64,000 bases of DNA from an uncultured Gammaproteobacteria bacterium. Its GTDB lineage: Bacteria; Patescibacteriota; Patescibacteriia; UBA9570; XYC2-FULL-38-9. The notes below the pieces were generated by a model, which did no database searches, was not told the DNA's origin, and saw only the letters and a program-made list of their open reading frames with translations. The stretch lies in the NCBI GenBank assembly GCA_964344485.1, contig CAYFNF010000002.1, positions 176,273-240,272 on the forward strand, read 5' to 3'. Shown here piece by piece: positions 1 to 10,485 of this stretch; the first letter of the stretch is position 1; the number at the start of each line of letters is the position of its first letter. Both the position numbers and the translations under genes were made by a program.

Positions 1-971
1 CGTTACATCTATTCACTACTATTATTTTAGACCAGGAAGAGTCCTCATCGCATAAACAGTACCACTTAAATCCGCGCTACCATATCCGTACAGTATTACT
101 ACACGCAACTCAGTTACTTGAAGAAGCACAACGACCAAAACTGATTTTTTCAAGCACAGCTCCGAGTATGTATAGCGCTCACCAAGTCGACAACAAGCAG
201 TTTCAATACATTGACTTGCGACGCCCTTGGAACAACGACCACATCTCTATCATTAATATGGAAGATGAGCGGCAGAATAAGAACTACTCCTGGTTTTCTG
301 ATACACTACGCACCGCAATTGAGGAGTCTGATCACATACTGCTATTCTTAAACAGAACTGGTTCATACGGAGTCTCATTGTGCAAAGATTGCTCTCAGCT
401 GCTCTCAGCTGAAGAAGGACGTTGCAGTAACTGTGGCAGCTCTGAAATACAGCATAAGAGAAAAGGGCTAACCGCCCTCGAAAAGGAACTTTCTGAATTA
501 TTCCCAAGCAAGACCATATTTCGGGTCGACAGTTCAGTTGAAATCTCCGCATCAACAGACCCCCGCTTTTTGAACGCAGATATTGTCATCGCAACTGAAA
601 AAATCTTCCGCCACGTCCCTGTATCATTCTTCGATTGCGTAGGTATTCTGTCAGTAGACCACCTCCTGCTATATCCAGATTTCCGTGCTCACGAGCGCGT
701 GTACCAACTATTAATCAGATTATTTACAACCGGTACTTCAGTAATCCTGCAATCTTCAGCTGTACATCACTCAGTGATTCAGCACGCGTTTCACAATGCA
801 TACGAAAAATTCTCAAAAGAGGAGCTGCGTATCCGTAAAAGCCTAGCGCTACCACCTTTTGCTGAGCGCTTTCGATTAATTAACACAAAAACTAAAGAAG
901 TCTCCGATCCGCAACCACAGGTAGAAACAGAGACGCTGGATTCACACATGGTCATAGACCGCATTGAGTAG
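1..971 (+). CDS. priA: Primosomal protein N' (PriA), C-terminal part. The 5' end is truncated by the window edge; the frame is open from nt 3.
   Basis: The ORF track protein 168..971 carries the PriA C-terminal Cys-rich zinc region (CKDC...CSNCGS) and the conserved DIVIATE / YPDFRAHER / LALPPFAERF motifs. There is no stop in frame between nt 3 and 168. The conserved priA-def-fmt gene order follows. Confidence 0.8.
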   Translation, partial: LHLFTTIILDQEESSSHKQYHLNPRYHIRTVLLHATQLLEEAQRPKLIFSSTAPSMYSAHQVDNKQFQYIDLRRPWNNDHISIINMEDERQNKNYSWFSDTLRTAIEESDHILLFLNRTGSYGVSLCKDCSQLLSAEEGRCSNCGSSEIQHKRKGLTALEKELSELFPSKTIFRVDSSVEISASTDPRFLNADIVIATEKIFRHVPVSFFDCVGILSVDHLLLYPDFRAHERVYQLLIRLFTTGTSVILQSSAVHHSVIQHAFHNAYEKFSKEELRIRKSLALPPFAERFRLINTKTKEVSDPQPQVETETLDSHMVIDRIE

Positions 972-1029
972 TATTGACGAAAAGCTTTTTTTAGCACATG
1001 ATATAAGACGCACTACATTTATACACTCT

Positions 1030-1491
1030 ATGAAATTACGAATATATACAGTAGAAGACCCAGAAGTACGAAAGGTTTCTTCAGAAGTAGACAGTAGTAC
1101 CATTGCACAAGAAGAGATGCAGGAGTTTTTCGATGAGTTGGTCGAGATGATGCTCACCTCTGATGGCATTGGTATTGCAGCACCGCAAGTCGGTCGAAAC
1201 GATCGTATCATTGTTATTTCGAAAGAATTCGCTCTCACGCCCGACCATCAAGTCTTGATTAATCCAACGGTTTCATCTGTTTCAAAAAAAACAACAATTG
1301 CTGAGGAAGGATGCTTGTCTGTTCCAGGAATCGAAGGTAAAGTAGAGCGGCCGTACAAAGCTAGGGTAAAAGCTATTACCAGAGACGGAAACCCGATAGA
1401 TATTAAAGCCAAAGGGATGTATGCACGCATTCTTTTACACGAGATTGATCACTTAGACGGCATACTTTTCATTGATAACATGCTTCCGTAA
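1030..1491 (+). CDS. def: Peptide deformylase
   Basis: Motifs GIGIAAPQVG, EGCLSVPG and HEIDHLDG match the three Def signature motifs. Met at 1030 (MKLRIYTVEDPEV) fits the canonical Def N-terminus. The track ORF begins at 964 and overlaps the priA end. Confidence 0.9.
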   Translation: MKLRIYTVEDPEVRKVSSEVDSSTIAQEEMQEFFDELVEMMLTSDGIGIAAPQVGRNDRIIVISKEFALTPDHQVLINPTVSSVSKKTTIAEEGCLSVPGIEGKVERPYKARVKAITRDGNPIDIKAKGMYARILLHEIDHLDGILFIDNMLP

Positions 1492-2388
1492 ATGAAAAGC
1501 ACAAAAAGTACACAGCAGAAGTCTGGCCTACGGGTTCTTTTTTTTGGAACTCCTGAATTTGCAGTTCCTTCACTACAGCAGTGCATTCAACACTTCAACG
1601 TAGTGGGGTGCGTAACACAGCCGGACAAGCCTGCTGGAAGGAATCGGTCAGTTCAACACTCCGTAATAAAAACCGTAGCATTAGAAAACAATATACCTGT
1701 TCACCAGCCGACATCTATTCGCGAGCGCACATCAGTTGGTAAGGATTTCCTTGAACTCTGTGAATCGTTGCACATTGACATCGCAGTAGTCGTAGCGTAT
1801 GGAAAAATTATCCCACCTGAGCTGCTGAAGATACCTACGCACGGATTTGTGAATGTCCACGCATCGTTATTACCAAAACATCGAGGTGCGTCACCCATTC
1901 AGTCGGCAATACTACAGGGTGACTCATCGACCGGAGTAACAATCATGCTATTAGACGAAGGAATGGATACAGGGCCAATTCTCTCACAAAAAAAAGTTAC
2001 AATATCCCCTGCTGATACCAGCAGTACAGTCCATGACTCATTAAAGGATATCGGCGCTGACTTATTAATACCAACTATGCAACAGTACATTTCGGGCGAA
2101 ATAGAACCGCGACCACAGGATGATGCTGCTGCAACAGAGACGGAGATCATTAAAAAAACTGATGGAGAAATCTGCTGGACTGATTCACCAGAAGTTATTG
2201 ATAGACAAATACGCGCTTATACACCGTGGCCCGGCGCATATACGTTCTGTAATAACAAGCGAATAATAATTCTCTCAGCTCATCTTGAGGAAGATGCAAT
2301 AATCATTGATACAGTACAACCAGAAAACAAAAAACCCATGTCATACACGGATTTTATTCACGGCTATCCTGACTGTTCGTTTCAATAA
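1492..2388 (+). CDS. fmt: Methionyl-tRNA formyltransferase
   Basis: Formyltransferase N-domain motifs (VLFFGTPEFAVPSL, HASLLPKHRGASPIQ) are present. It sits immediately after def, as in most bacteria. Confidence 0.9.
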   Translation: MKSTKSTQQKSGLRVLFFGTPEFAVPSLQQCIQHFNVVGCVTQPDKPAGRNRSVQHSVIKTVALENNIPVHQPTSIRERTSVGKDFLELCESLHIDIAVVVAYGKIIPPELLKIPTHGFVNVHASLLPKHRGASPIQSAILQGDSSTGVTIMLLDEGMDTGPILSQKKVTISPADTSSTVHDSLKDIGADLLIPTMQQYISGEIEPRPQDDAAATETEIIKKTDGEICWTDSPEVIDRQIRAYTPWPGAYTFCNNKRIIILSAHLEEDAIIIDTVQPENKKPMSYTDFIHGYPDCSFQ

Positions 2389-3891
2389 CTACGTCGAAGG
2401 CACGCGTTTTTTTCGCGTTTTTTTTGTTGTATAGAAACCGAGGTACCGTCCAAGTGCAAGCCTGGTCTGGGCATCAATAGCTGGAATAGATCCGAAAATA
2501 ATCAGCACTACTGGAAGCAAGATCCATTGCACGATCATCACGCCGATTTTTACTAAGCGATTTCCTGGGATGTTTGACGGAAGCATATAGACGTTCAACA
2601 CTGCGGACGCAAATATTCCTATCATTGCTGCTCGCATCAACCACTCAAGGACATATGGAGCATATTGTGCAACAACTGTCGCTTTTTCAACATCACCAGC
2701 AAACCACAATGGCAAGTATCCGAGAACTAGAATCAACACCGGAGCGGTTGCCCATGAATACATTCCTTCTGATAAGTTGAATACTAAATGCCTGCTACGC
2801 TTTCCGAATCGCTTGCCTTGTCTCCAAAAGTGCCAAATCATGTACGGAAAGTGCTCAATCCCCCATGCCCAACGTCGCTGTTGCTTATATAAATTCTTTA
2901 CGGTCTGCCAAAAGCTTCCTGCATGGGCTGTATCCATATTCACCGGAATATACATCGGCGTTACTTCGTAGTCACCGTCGTAATGTACATAGCACTGCAA
3001 GAAGATACGAGAATCTTCGGTAACAATATCATTCTGCCAAAATCCGACATCTACTAATGCACGGAAGCTCATGCTATGTGAAGAGAACGTCCACAGCGGT
3101 TTTGGTCGAGCTAACTCTGCCATTAACCAAAACGTTGTGGAATTTGCAGCTACTCGGGCAAAAGACGGTGACTCCCATACATTGGTATTGTATAATGCGA
3201 GCGGTTGATAACTAGAACGTGTCGGGTTCGGATGCTCTAGATACGCATTCGATAAATACGCAAAGTACTGAGGATGTACGACAGTATCTGCATCAAAAGA
3301 TGAGACGATTACATCATCATAATTCCATCCCTTGTCATCGATGTACTCCTTGACTCTGTGACCTGACCAATGAAGATTCGCACCTTTTGACGCTATCTCA
3401 CCAGGAATATCTTTTGGGTGCAGGGTAATAAGAAAATCATAAAACACATCCGCATACTCTTTCTGTAATTGTGATGAAACTGATCGAAACGATTCAGCAA
3501 CACGCTCCTCTCCAGCGAGCACCACTATCATCTTGTCTTTCGGATACGTCGACTCTTTCAGTGCTGAAAGTGCATGCCGTAACACATTAATATCTTCATC
3601 CACGGTTGGTAGAAAGATGACGTGATAGAGATTGCTCCAGTTCGAATGCTCCTGCACCTTATTCATCCAGTTGATATCTTTCTGTTTCTGATACTCTCTC
3701 CAGGAGAAAGAGAGATAAATAATAAAGTATGTCACACGCAGCAGCCAATATAGATCAAACAGAATAGCAAAGTAAATCATCCAAAGCGGTTTTACAAAAG
3801 ACAAACCGATAATAACAATAAGTGTGGTCCACACAGTGGTTGCTGGCCAAATTTCGAGCAATCTATATTTGAAATACGGAGAGATCTTCAT
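2389..3891 (-). CDS. Processive family-2 membrane glycosyltransferase (cellulose/chitin-synthase-like)
   Basis: DxD-type motifs (SFDADT) and the QxxRW processivity motif (QQRRWAWG) sit between N- and C-terminal transmembrane helices. Confidence 0.7.
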   Translation of the reverse strand: MKISPYFKYRLLEIWPATTVWTTLIVIIGLSFVKPLWMIYFAILFDLYWLLRVTYFIIYLSFSWREYQKQKDINWMNKVQEHSNWSNLYHVIFLPTVDEDINVLRHALSALKESTYPKDKMIVVLAGEERVAESFRSVSSQLQKEYADVFYDFLITLHPKDIPGEIASKGANLHWSGHRVKEYIDDKGWNYDDVIVSSFDADTVVHPQYFAYLSNAYLEHPNPTRSSYQPLALYNTNVWESPSFARVAANSTTFWLMAELARPKPLWTFSSHSMSFRALVDVGFWQNDIVTEDSRIFLQCYVHYDGDYEVTPMYIPVNMDTAHAGSFWQTVKNLYKQQRRWAWGIEHFPYMIWHFWRQGKRFGKRSRHLVFNLSEGMYSWATAPVLILVLGYLPLWFAGDVEKATVVAQYAPYVLEWLMRAAMIGIFASAVLNVYMLPSNIPGNRLVKIGVMIVQWILLPVVLIIFGSIPAIDAQTRLALGRYLGFYTTKKTRKKRVPST

Positions 3892-5087
3892 AAAAAGGAG
3901 GATAGTATGTGATATATTTCATATAGAATACCGAAAATGAACAAAATAATAAATACCCAACGTATATACGGCGGAATAGTAAATGAATACTCTGGTCGTC
4001 GTTTTGATTTCTTTCCTGCTTTTTTATGCATAAGCCATATAAGAATCCCCTGAAATCCGATAGTAAACGCTCCTACGATGCCAATAATCTGAATGAAGCT
4101 TACTAGACCTAGGAAGTATATCAGCAGTGGTGGCACAACGGTTATACACCAAGCAATGTATCGCTTCTGTTTAAAGTCATATTGATACATCTGCTTGAGA
4201 GCTAGTCCGATAATGAGAAATGAACTTCCCATGGCTAATATACCGAACACTGCACCAACCGTGGTTACTGTGGGCCCGAGAAATGGAAGTAATCCAGTGA
4301 TAGCACTCTCGCTGGTTTGATCTCCGGATATACCAAACACGACTAGAGAAAAAATGAGATAGAATACAGCCGTAATAATAATTCCGCTGATAATAACACG
4401 CGGGAACAGATTGCACTTTCTTTGTTTAGCTAGCAATCGTCGTATCTCGGGAATAGCTCCTGATCCAGACAGTGCAAACAGAATAACTCCATACGGTAAA
4501 AACCACTGTGACACATGCAAGGTAGTGTAGTGTTCTGTTTGAATGTGCGGGGCTCCAATAATGAATAGTACGACTAATAACAGTACCATGCCTACTACTA
4601 TAGCGATCTCCATACGTGTGATTACTTGAAGACCACCGTAAATTGAAATACTTGCGAGCAACCAGAACGCCATAGCGTAGTGTAACTCGCTGCCACCAAC
4701 ATAGATCTGTAGCGTATTATGAAGAAAATGCCCAACCTCAGTAATATATGCAATCAGTGCACCGTACATACCAAATATTAACGACACTGCGGCTATGAAT
4801 TTACCTGTTCTTCCCAAATAGATGGAAGCGTATCCAGGAAACTGATGTATACCACGCGTGCGTAATACCACTTCAGCATACGCAAGCAGTGTAACAATCA
4901 CTACTACAGCTAGCAGAGCAACATGAATAGTGCCGATTGCAGCACCGGACTGCATAAAAACAAACGGAATTCCAAAAATCCCAGCACCAATCGCATATCC
5001 AATTAATGTACTGGTGGCTCCGAAATACGGATTACGCAGCGCTTTCATGATCTTTTGAGCGTTGATGAAGAGTAATAGAAACAGCAA
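3888..5087 (-). CDS. Polytopic membrane transporter (amino-acid permease-like, APC/Trp-Tyr permease superfamily)
   Basis: There are about 11 predicted TM helices, and the N-terminus STLIGYAIGAGIFGIPF resembles amino-acid transporter families. Substrate not determinable. Confidence 0.55.
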   Translation of the reverse strand: MLFLLLFINAQKIMKALRNPYFGATSTLIGYAIGAGIFGIPFVFMQSGAAIGTIHVALLAVVVIVTLLAYAEVVLRTRGIHQFPGYASIYLGRTGKFIAAVSLIFGMYGALIAYITEVGHFLHNTLQIYVGGSELHYAMAFWLLASISIYGGLQVITRMEIAIVVGMVLLLVVLFIIGAPHIQTEHYTTLHVSQWFLPYGVILFALSGSGAIPEIRRLLAKQRKCNLFPRVIISGIIITAVFYLIFSLVVFGISGDQTSESAITGLLPFLGPTVTTVGAVFGILAMGSSFLIIGLALKQMYQYDFKQKRYIAWCITVVPPLLIYFLGLVSFIQIIGIVGAFTIGFQGILIWLMHKKAGKKSKRRPEYSFTIPPYIRWVFIILFIFGILYEIYHILSSFL

Positions 5088-6159
5088 TACCGACTATAGC
5101 TGCTACAACGAAAAAGGCTCCGACAACAAAGAAGAATGCTGCAAAGTCTTTTATGTACGCGTCCGCTACAGTCATTAACCAAGAATTAATCAACGGTGGC
5201 ATCATGGAGAATACCGGGCTTGCAGTGAAAATAATTGAGACTAAGAAATAGTACGCTGCACCAGTACACAGTAACAATAGACCCGGAACCCCGACGGCTG
5301 CAGTGCACCAGCGAATCAGACTAGGAACGTTCTTCATCAGCAGCAATACAAGAATTCCATAGAGCATAAGAATCAATATAGCCATCACTGGAACGATCTG
5401 TTTTAATCGATATGCGACAGTTTGAGCAGAGTCTACTCCTTGCTGATACTCCTGTAAATGGTAGTACTCCATCTCTGAGAGCGGTTGATCATGCATGTAC
5501 AATTCTTGACTTGTGCCTGAAATCGGCATGATAAATCTAAGCACCTGTAATTGGTTTGGTATCTCTGAAATAATAAACGCCGGATCAAATGGAAGGTTTC
5601 CGCCGATGATAAACGCATCAGACGGGTCCACTTCAGCTGGTAGACAACCAGTATTAATAAGGGAGCTAAACGGTGTGGTTTCGATAGTCGTTGCAAGTGC
5701 AGTGAGTTGCTCATCAGTACACGCTGGCAGAGATTGAATTTCTGCCTCAAGAGATTCCATTTTTTTATGCACCTCATCAGTAAACAGTTGTTTCGGTTCT
5801 TGTAACGAAATTACTGGATTGATTTCTGAAAAAGTCGTATTGGGTTGCAGAAGTGTGTACAGCTCAGTGACAACTGTTGAGACGTTAGTCTGTATCCATT
5901 GCTCTGGAAAAATTGAAAGAGCCAATTGCTCAATTTCTTGTTCAGTAAAGAAATAGATCTCCATTTCTTCTAATGTACCAGAGGTAATATACTGCTCAAT
6001 TGCATCTTGAATAAATTGACTATATACACCCTGTTCTTCAAGTGTCTCTAATAACGGCTCTGGTTGTAGCACAAAAGTATTAATGCGGTAGACAAACGCA
6101 CCAACAGGAACGAGAATCGTCAGTAGAACGATGATGAATACTGATGCGACTTTGTTCAT
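5032..6159 (-). CDS. Hypothetical membrane protein
   Basis: Long ORF with an N-terminal TM helix, an acidic central domain and C-terminal TM helices. No recognisable family. Confidence 0.5.
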   Translation of the reverse strand: MNKVASVFIIVLLTILVPVGAFVYRINTFVLQPEPLLETLEEQGVYSQFIQDAIEQYITSGTLEEMEIYFFTEQEIEQLALSIFPEQWIQTNVSTVVTELYTLLQPNTTFSEINPVISLQEPKQLFTDEVHKKMESLEAEIQSLPACTDEQLTALATTIETTPFSSLINTGCLPAEVDPSDAFIIGGNLPFDPAFIISEIPNQLQVLRFIMPISGTSQELYMHDQPLSEMEYYHLQEYQQGVDSAQTVAYRLKQIVPVMAILILMLYGILVLLLMKNVPSLIRWCTAAVGVPGLLLLCTGAAYYFLVSIIFTASPVFSMMPPLINSWLMTVADAYIKDFAAFFFVVGAFFVVAAIVGIAVSITLHQRSKDHESAA

Positions 6160-6163
6160 GTCT

Positions 6164-7453
6164 TTAAAATTCGACTGTTATATGCTCGGGCACGATCTCT
6201 ACCCACGTATTTCCACGCACAAGCGGGATTTCATCTCCATCCTCATCTAAGAATACTGTTCGGCTCTCTCTATCCTTCTTTTCCCATGTTCCAGTAGTAC
6301 GCACACCTTCGCGGATAACGTCGACAGTCCCCTCTCCCGTCACTGGCCAATTGATTCGTCCTTTTCCTTCAATTGGAATTCCAGCGCCGACGTGCTGAAC
6401 AATGATATTACGTGTGGTGAGTACTTTACCTGTTACTGCATCAATATGATCGATCCCGCCGTTTTTTCGCGTGTAATACAATTCATCCACGTCGTAGTTG
6501 AATTCTACATCATATGAACCTCCAAAACCGATGTACACTCTGGTACTCACTACATCTTGCTCCTGATCCACCGCCTCTTCAGTGAGCTCACCTTCTGACT
6601 CTTCATTGCTTACTTCAGCTTGTTCGGGTTGCTCTATCTCATCAACAAATAACCAAGACTCAAAATCAGGTGGTTCTTCTTGATCCCAACCGTGAGCGCG
6701 TATTGCGTCTTCCAGCTTCGATGTCGATGTAAAGAAGTTATGCGGTGCTGCTTTGCCGGACTGTCTCCAGAAAAAGGACGGCTCGCGCAGCCCATCTACA
6801 TCTCTCATACTAAATCGTTGTAGCGCTTGCATCGCAGTAAAACTCCCACCTGCGTGATAGTATGCACAGTCCATCTCAGATGCAAATTCCAAATAGGTAT
6901 CTCGTGCTGATCGTACTGGACCAACGGTATCACTTTGCTCGCCCGCAAACACTGCCATAAATCGTGTAATTCCACCTTCTACTATTACTTCGTACATCAC
7001 CAACGCTTTGGACAAGCCAGATTGTGGCCGCACACCACCGAACGCTGCGTTTTCAATCATGACACATGCTGGGACATTATTCGCTTCTTCGCGATCAACG
7101 ATAATACCATCCAGTTTTCTTGGGATTGTTGCTGACAGTTCTTCATCCTCATCATCTTCAAACAATTCAGATATGACTGGAGTGTCAAAAAACGTGCTTG
7201 CTAAAAACGACTTCACACCGGCAACTGCAAGAACGATGTTCACTCCGGCAATAATCAGTATTAAAAAAGACACGATGCTAATGACAAGTATCTTTTTCTT
7301 GTGTGTACGAAAAAAAGATTCCTTCGACTCTACTTCTTTTTCTTTCTTGGGTTGTTCCTCTTTGTTTTTTTTGGACTGCGTTTCTGCTTTTTTTGCTTGT
7401 TCTTTGCTTTCCTTTTTTTCGTCCTTTTTCGTTGAGTTCTTTTTAGTAGCCAT
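6164..7453 (-). CDS. DUF3048 (YerB-like) family protein, membrane-anchored, paralog A
   Basis: N-terminal K/E-rich tail plus a TM helix. Conserved GGITRFMAVFAG and GPVRSARDTYLEF blocks are shared with the adjacent paralog and are typical of DUF3048. Confidence 0.55.
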   Translation of the reverse strand: MATKKNSTKKDEKKESKEQAKKAETQSKKNKEEQPKKEKEVESKESFFRTHKKKILVISIVSFLILIIAGVNIVLAVAGVKSFLASTFFDTPVISELFEDDEDEELSATIPRKLDGIIVDREEANNVPACVMIENAAFGGVRPQSGLSKALVMYEVIVEGGITRFMAVFAGEQSDTVGPVRSARDTYLEFASEMDCAYYHAGGSFTAMQALQRFSMRDVDGLREPSFFWRQSGKAAPHNFFTSTSKLEDAIRAHGWDQEEPPDFESWLFVDEIEQPEQAEVSNEESEGELTEEAVDQEQDVVSTRVYIGFGGSYDVEFNYDVDELYYTRKNGGIDHIDAVTGKVLTTRNIIVQHVGAGIPIEGKGRINWPVTGEGTVDVIREGVRTTGTWEKKDRESRTVFLDEDGDEIPLVRGNTWVEIVPEHITVEF

Positions 7454-7456
7454 ACA

Positions 7457-8578
7457 TTAATTATACTCTATTGTATGATCTTCTGGAAGCACCTCAATCC
7501 AGATGTTTCCGGGAATAAAAGAGAATTCATCTTCTTGATCAGTAAAAAAGCGTGTTCGCTCTGCTTCTTCCTTTTTCCACGTACCGCTCGTTGCTCGACC
7601 GTTATTAAAGAACACTGCTGATCCCTCCCCTTGCGTATCAATCTGTAATCGACCGGTATCCGCTTCCAATAGACTGGTTGGAGCGTACATACACACAATA
7701 TTTCGTACTGATAGTTGCTTACTTGAAAGTGCATCAGTATGGGGCTCACCACCATTACTACGTAGATAGTGGTTTTCATCTCGATCATAGACATACTCTA
7801 CATCGTAACTATAGCTAGAAAAATTCAGCGAAATCTTCTTCTCTTCTTTTGGTCGCTCTTTTTTCTTTAACTGCTTCTCAAAACGCCATGGTGTATACGT
7901 GCCAATTACCTCGTCACCTTTTTTATCTCTCATTGCATAGCCTAATAGCTCAGATGACGTAAATACGTTGTGCGGTGCTGAAAGGGATTGCTCTCTCCAA
8001 AAATATGCGTGATCACCACTAATTTGATCTAGATCTTCTATATACTCATTACCGTATAACTGAGATAGCGCTTGTGGACTGCCACCAACGTGCGCATACA
8101 TTCCTTCATATTCTTCTGCCCAATCCACATAATACGGACGCGCAGAACGTACTGGTCCAATTGATGATATCTCTTCACCACCAGCGTATACTGCAAGAAA
8201 GCGTGTAATCCCACCCTCTGCAAGAGCCTCATACACTACCTGTGCGTTCTGCAATCCGGATTGTGGTCGCACGGATACTAGATTCTCAATCATTACTCCT
8301 ACTGGATAGATATTCTCTTTACCAAATTCAACTTCTACTCCATCGATAAAGCGTGCTACTTCAGCAGAAGGAACATCGTCAGGCTCTTGGTTTGTTAGTT
8401 CTACAACCGCAGTCTGATCTTGTTCAGCCGAATCGAGATTTAATACGGTGACTCCGATACCCACAACTACCACAACAATCAGCAGTATTACAATAGCGGC
8501 AACTAGTTGATATTTCTGGTTCTCTTTAAGAGAAGTAAACATAGAACGCATCAACTCGTTGAATGATTTCTTTTTCAT
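7457..8578 (-). CDS. DUF3048 (YerB-like) family protein, membrane-anchored, paralog B
   Basis: GGITRFLAVYAG and GPVRSARPYYVDW blocks pair with 6164..7453. The two genes are in tandem. Confidence 0.55.
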   Translation of the reverse strand: MKKKSFNELMRSMFTSLKENQKYQLVAAIVILLIVVVVVGIGVTVLNLDSAEQDQTAVVELTNQEPDDVPSAEVARFIDGVEVEFGKENIYPVGVMIENLVSVRPQSGLQNAQVVYEALAEGGITRFLAVYAGGEEISSIGPVRSARPYYVDWAEEYEGMYAHVGGSPQALSQLYGNEYIEDLDQISGDHAYFWREQSLSAPHNVFTSSELLGYAMRDKKGDEVIGTYTPWRFEKQLKKKERPKEEKKISLNFSSYSYDVEYVYDRDENHYLRSNGGEPHTDALSSKQLSVRNIVCMYAPTSLLEADTGRLQIDTQGEGSAVFFNNGRATSGTWKKEEAERTRFFTDQEDEFSFIPGNIWIEVLPEDHTIEYN

Positions 8579-8596
8579 ATACTCTCCTCAGTTTGT

Positions 8597-9325
8597 TTAT
8601 TCTTTCTTTTCTTCAGCAGGCTCTTCTTGTTCCTTTTCCTGTGCGGCTTCACCCTCTTCAGCTCCTTCACCTTCTGCTTCATCCTCTTCAGCTCCTTCTT
8701 CAACTTCTACGCTGTCTACATCCTCGACTACATCCTCTTCAAGTGCTTGTAACTCTTCCTCACTTCGAGGTTCAGAGACTGATACCACTGTTTCTTCTGC
8801 ATCATGAAGTGCCTCCACACCTTCAGGTAATTGGAGGTCTTTAATGCGGATCATATCATCAAAGGTCTTGAGTCCATCTAATGAAACCACAATATTTTGC
8901 GGAAGGTCTTTTGGTAGACATTCGATTTCAAGCGAAGACGCATTCTTTACCACGATACCGCCAAGCTCTTTCTCTGCTGGAGCCAGGCCAGTGAATTCAA
9001 TCTCGACTTCTGTTTTCAGTTTCTCACCCATCTTTACCTGATAAAAGTCGATGTGAGTAATGTCATCCGTCAATGCATCTCGCTGCACTTCTTGGATAAT
9101 AACTTTGACTGGCTCTTGCTCATCTACAACTAAATCAATTAACGAGCTCTCTCCGACCGAAGAGTACACTTTCATAAATAATGGAAAATCCATCTCTAAT
9201 GGTTGAGTTTCAATCTCAGAACCATATATCACGGCGGGAATCTTCTTTTCTTCGCGCGTTTTCTTAGAATTCAACCTTCCAGTTGCATCCCGTTTTTTCG
9301 CTTGTAATATTGTTGCGTCCGACAT
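8597..9325 (-). CDS. rplY: Ribosomal protein L25 / general stress protein Ctc, with an acidic C-terminal tail
   Basis: The N-terminus (ILQAKKRDATGRLNSKKTREEKKIPAVIYG) is the L25/Ctc signature. There is an E/A-rich C-terminal extension. Confidence 0.8.
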   Translation of the reverse strand: MSDATILQAKKRDATGRLNSKKTREEKKIPAVIYGSEIETQPLEMDFPLFMKVYSSVGESSLIDLVVDEQEPVKVIIQEVQRDALTDDITHIDFYQVKMGEKLKTEVEIEFTGLAPAEKELGGIVVKNASSLEIECLPKDLPQNIVVSLDGLKTFDDMIRIKDLQLPEGVEALHDAEETVVSVSEPRSEEELQALEEDVVEDVDSVEVEEGAEEDEAEGEGAEEGEAAQEKEQEEPAEEKKE

Positions 9326-9374
9326 AGTATACTGTATTCATTTATAATTAATAACGCATAAATGCGCCTGAAAA

Positions 9375-9403
9375 AGTATAGGAAATATTGGTTTTTTTGT
9401 CAA
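9375..9403 (-). promoter_or_regulatory. Sigma70-like promoter for rplY: TTGACA, 17-nt spacer, TATACT
   Basis: On the minus strand the sequence reads TTGACAaaaaaaccaatatttccTATACT, about 50 nt upstream of the rplY ATG. The -35 hexamer overlaps the stop codon of the upstream SEDS gene. Confidence 0.55.
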
Positions 9404-10482
9404 TCTGTTGGTCTACCAGCAGCATGAGCAATACCAAGAAGCAAAATTGTCATAACTAATGAGGAGCCGCCTGCACTTAACAACGGAAGTGGAACGCCGG
9501 TAACTGGCAGTACCCCAAGATTCATGCCTATGACGAGTATGCTCTGCACTCCAAGGTATCCAACCGTCCCGAGAATTAATAAAAAGCTATAATTATCTTT
9601 GACTTGGCTCATCCACACCCAAAGACGGAAAAAAAGAATACCAAAAGCAACAAAGAGCACAGTGATACCGAGGAATCCAAACTCTTCAGCGATGACTGCA
9701 AAGATGAAGTCAGAGCTCGCCTCAGGCAGAAAGTGTAACTGACTCTGTGTTCCAAACCCTAATCCCCTTCCCCAAAATGATCCTGAACCGATTGCCACAA
9801 TAGATTGAGAGATATTATATCCTGCTCCAAGCGGATCATTCTCTGCATGCAGGAACGTGGTCAAGCGTTCTTTCTGATAGTCTTGAAAGATAAAAAACCA
9901 CCCGATCAATCCGCTGACGATCACTCCGGCAATCACTGTTCCGATAATCCATTTTGGTGATTTCAACGCGATAAGAAAGATACACCAGATCGAAAAGATG
10001 ATGAACGCAGAACCTAGGTCGGGCTGTAGAAAAATTAATCCGCACAGAATCAGTGTGACCACTCCGGTGATAGCAGCGTATTTTTTCTGTTGTAGCAGCG
10101 CTGGATCTTTTTCAACGTACGCTGCCATAAATAGAATGAACAACAACTTGACGAACTCAACTGGTTGAAATGATGCACCGCCAATAATGAACCAGCCAGT
10201 AGTGCCGCGCACTGTGGTACCAAATAGTAATACAGCGATGAGCAACAGTACCGCGACTATTACATATAACGCGGCATGAGTTTTAATCACTCGATAGTTT
10301 CCAACTGTGATTGCGGCAAAACCGACCAACCCGATGATCGCAATAACTAGCTGCTTAGAAAAATGCTGCCCTATACTATACTGGGCTAATAATCCTAGTC
10401 CAATTAAAAACAGCACTGCCCCCACAAACCACCAATCAACTACTGCAGCGCTGGCTCTGCTTTTCTCAATAAACTGTCTCAT
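9400..10482 (-). CDS. SEDS-family peptidoglycan glycosyltransferase (FtsW/RodA/SpoVE)
   Basis: Ten TM helices, with the conserved C-terminal block GVLPVTGVPLPLLSAGGSSL. Confidence 0.85.
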   Translation of the reverse strand: MRQFIEKSRASAAVVDWWFVGAVLFLIGLGLLAQYSIGQHFSKQLVIAIIGLVGFAAITVGNYRVIKTHAALYVIVAVLLLIAVLLFGTTVRGTTGWFIIGGASFQPVEFVKLLFILFMAAYVEKDPALLQQKKYAAITGVVTLILCGLIFLQPDLGSAFIIFSIWCIFLIALKSPKWIIGTVIAGVIVSGLIGWFFIFQDYQKERLTTFLHAENDPLGAGYNISQSIVAIGSGSFWGRGLGFGTQSQLHFLPEASSDFIFAVIAEEFGFLGITVLFVAFGILFFRLWVWMSQVKDNYSFLLILGTVGYLGVQSILVIGMNLGVLPVTGVPLPLLSAGGSSLVMTILLLGIAHAAGRPTD

Positions 10483-10485
10483 ATA

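Noticed and set aside
395-414. Perfect 10-bp tandem duplication GCTCTCAGCT x2 inside priA
   Set aside because: Only two copies and within a coding region. Consistent with chance or minor slippage, and of no functional significance.
8559-9041. Plus-strand ORFs (8559..8807, 8563..8844, 8844..9041) rich in Ser, Leu and Pro
   Set aside because: They lie antisense to the acidic GAA/GAG-rich tail of rplY. They are compositional shadows.
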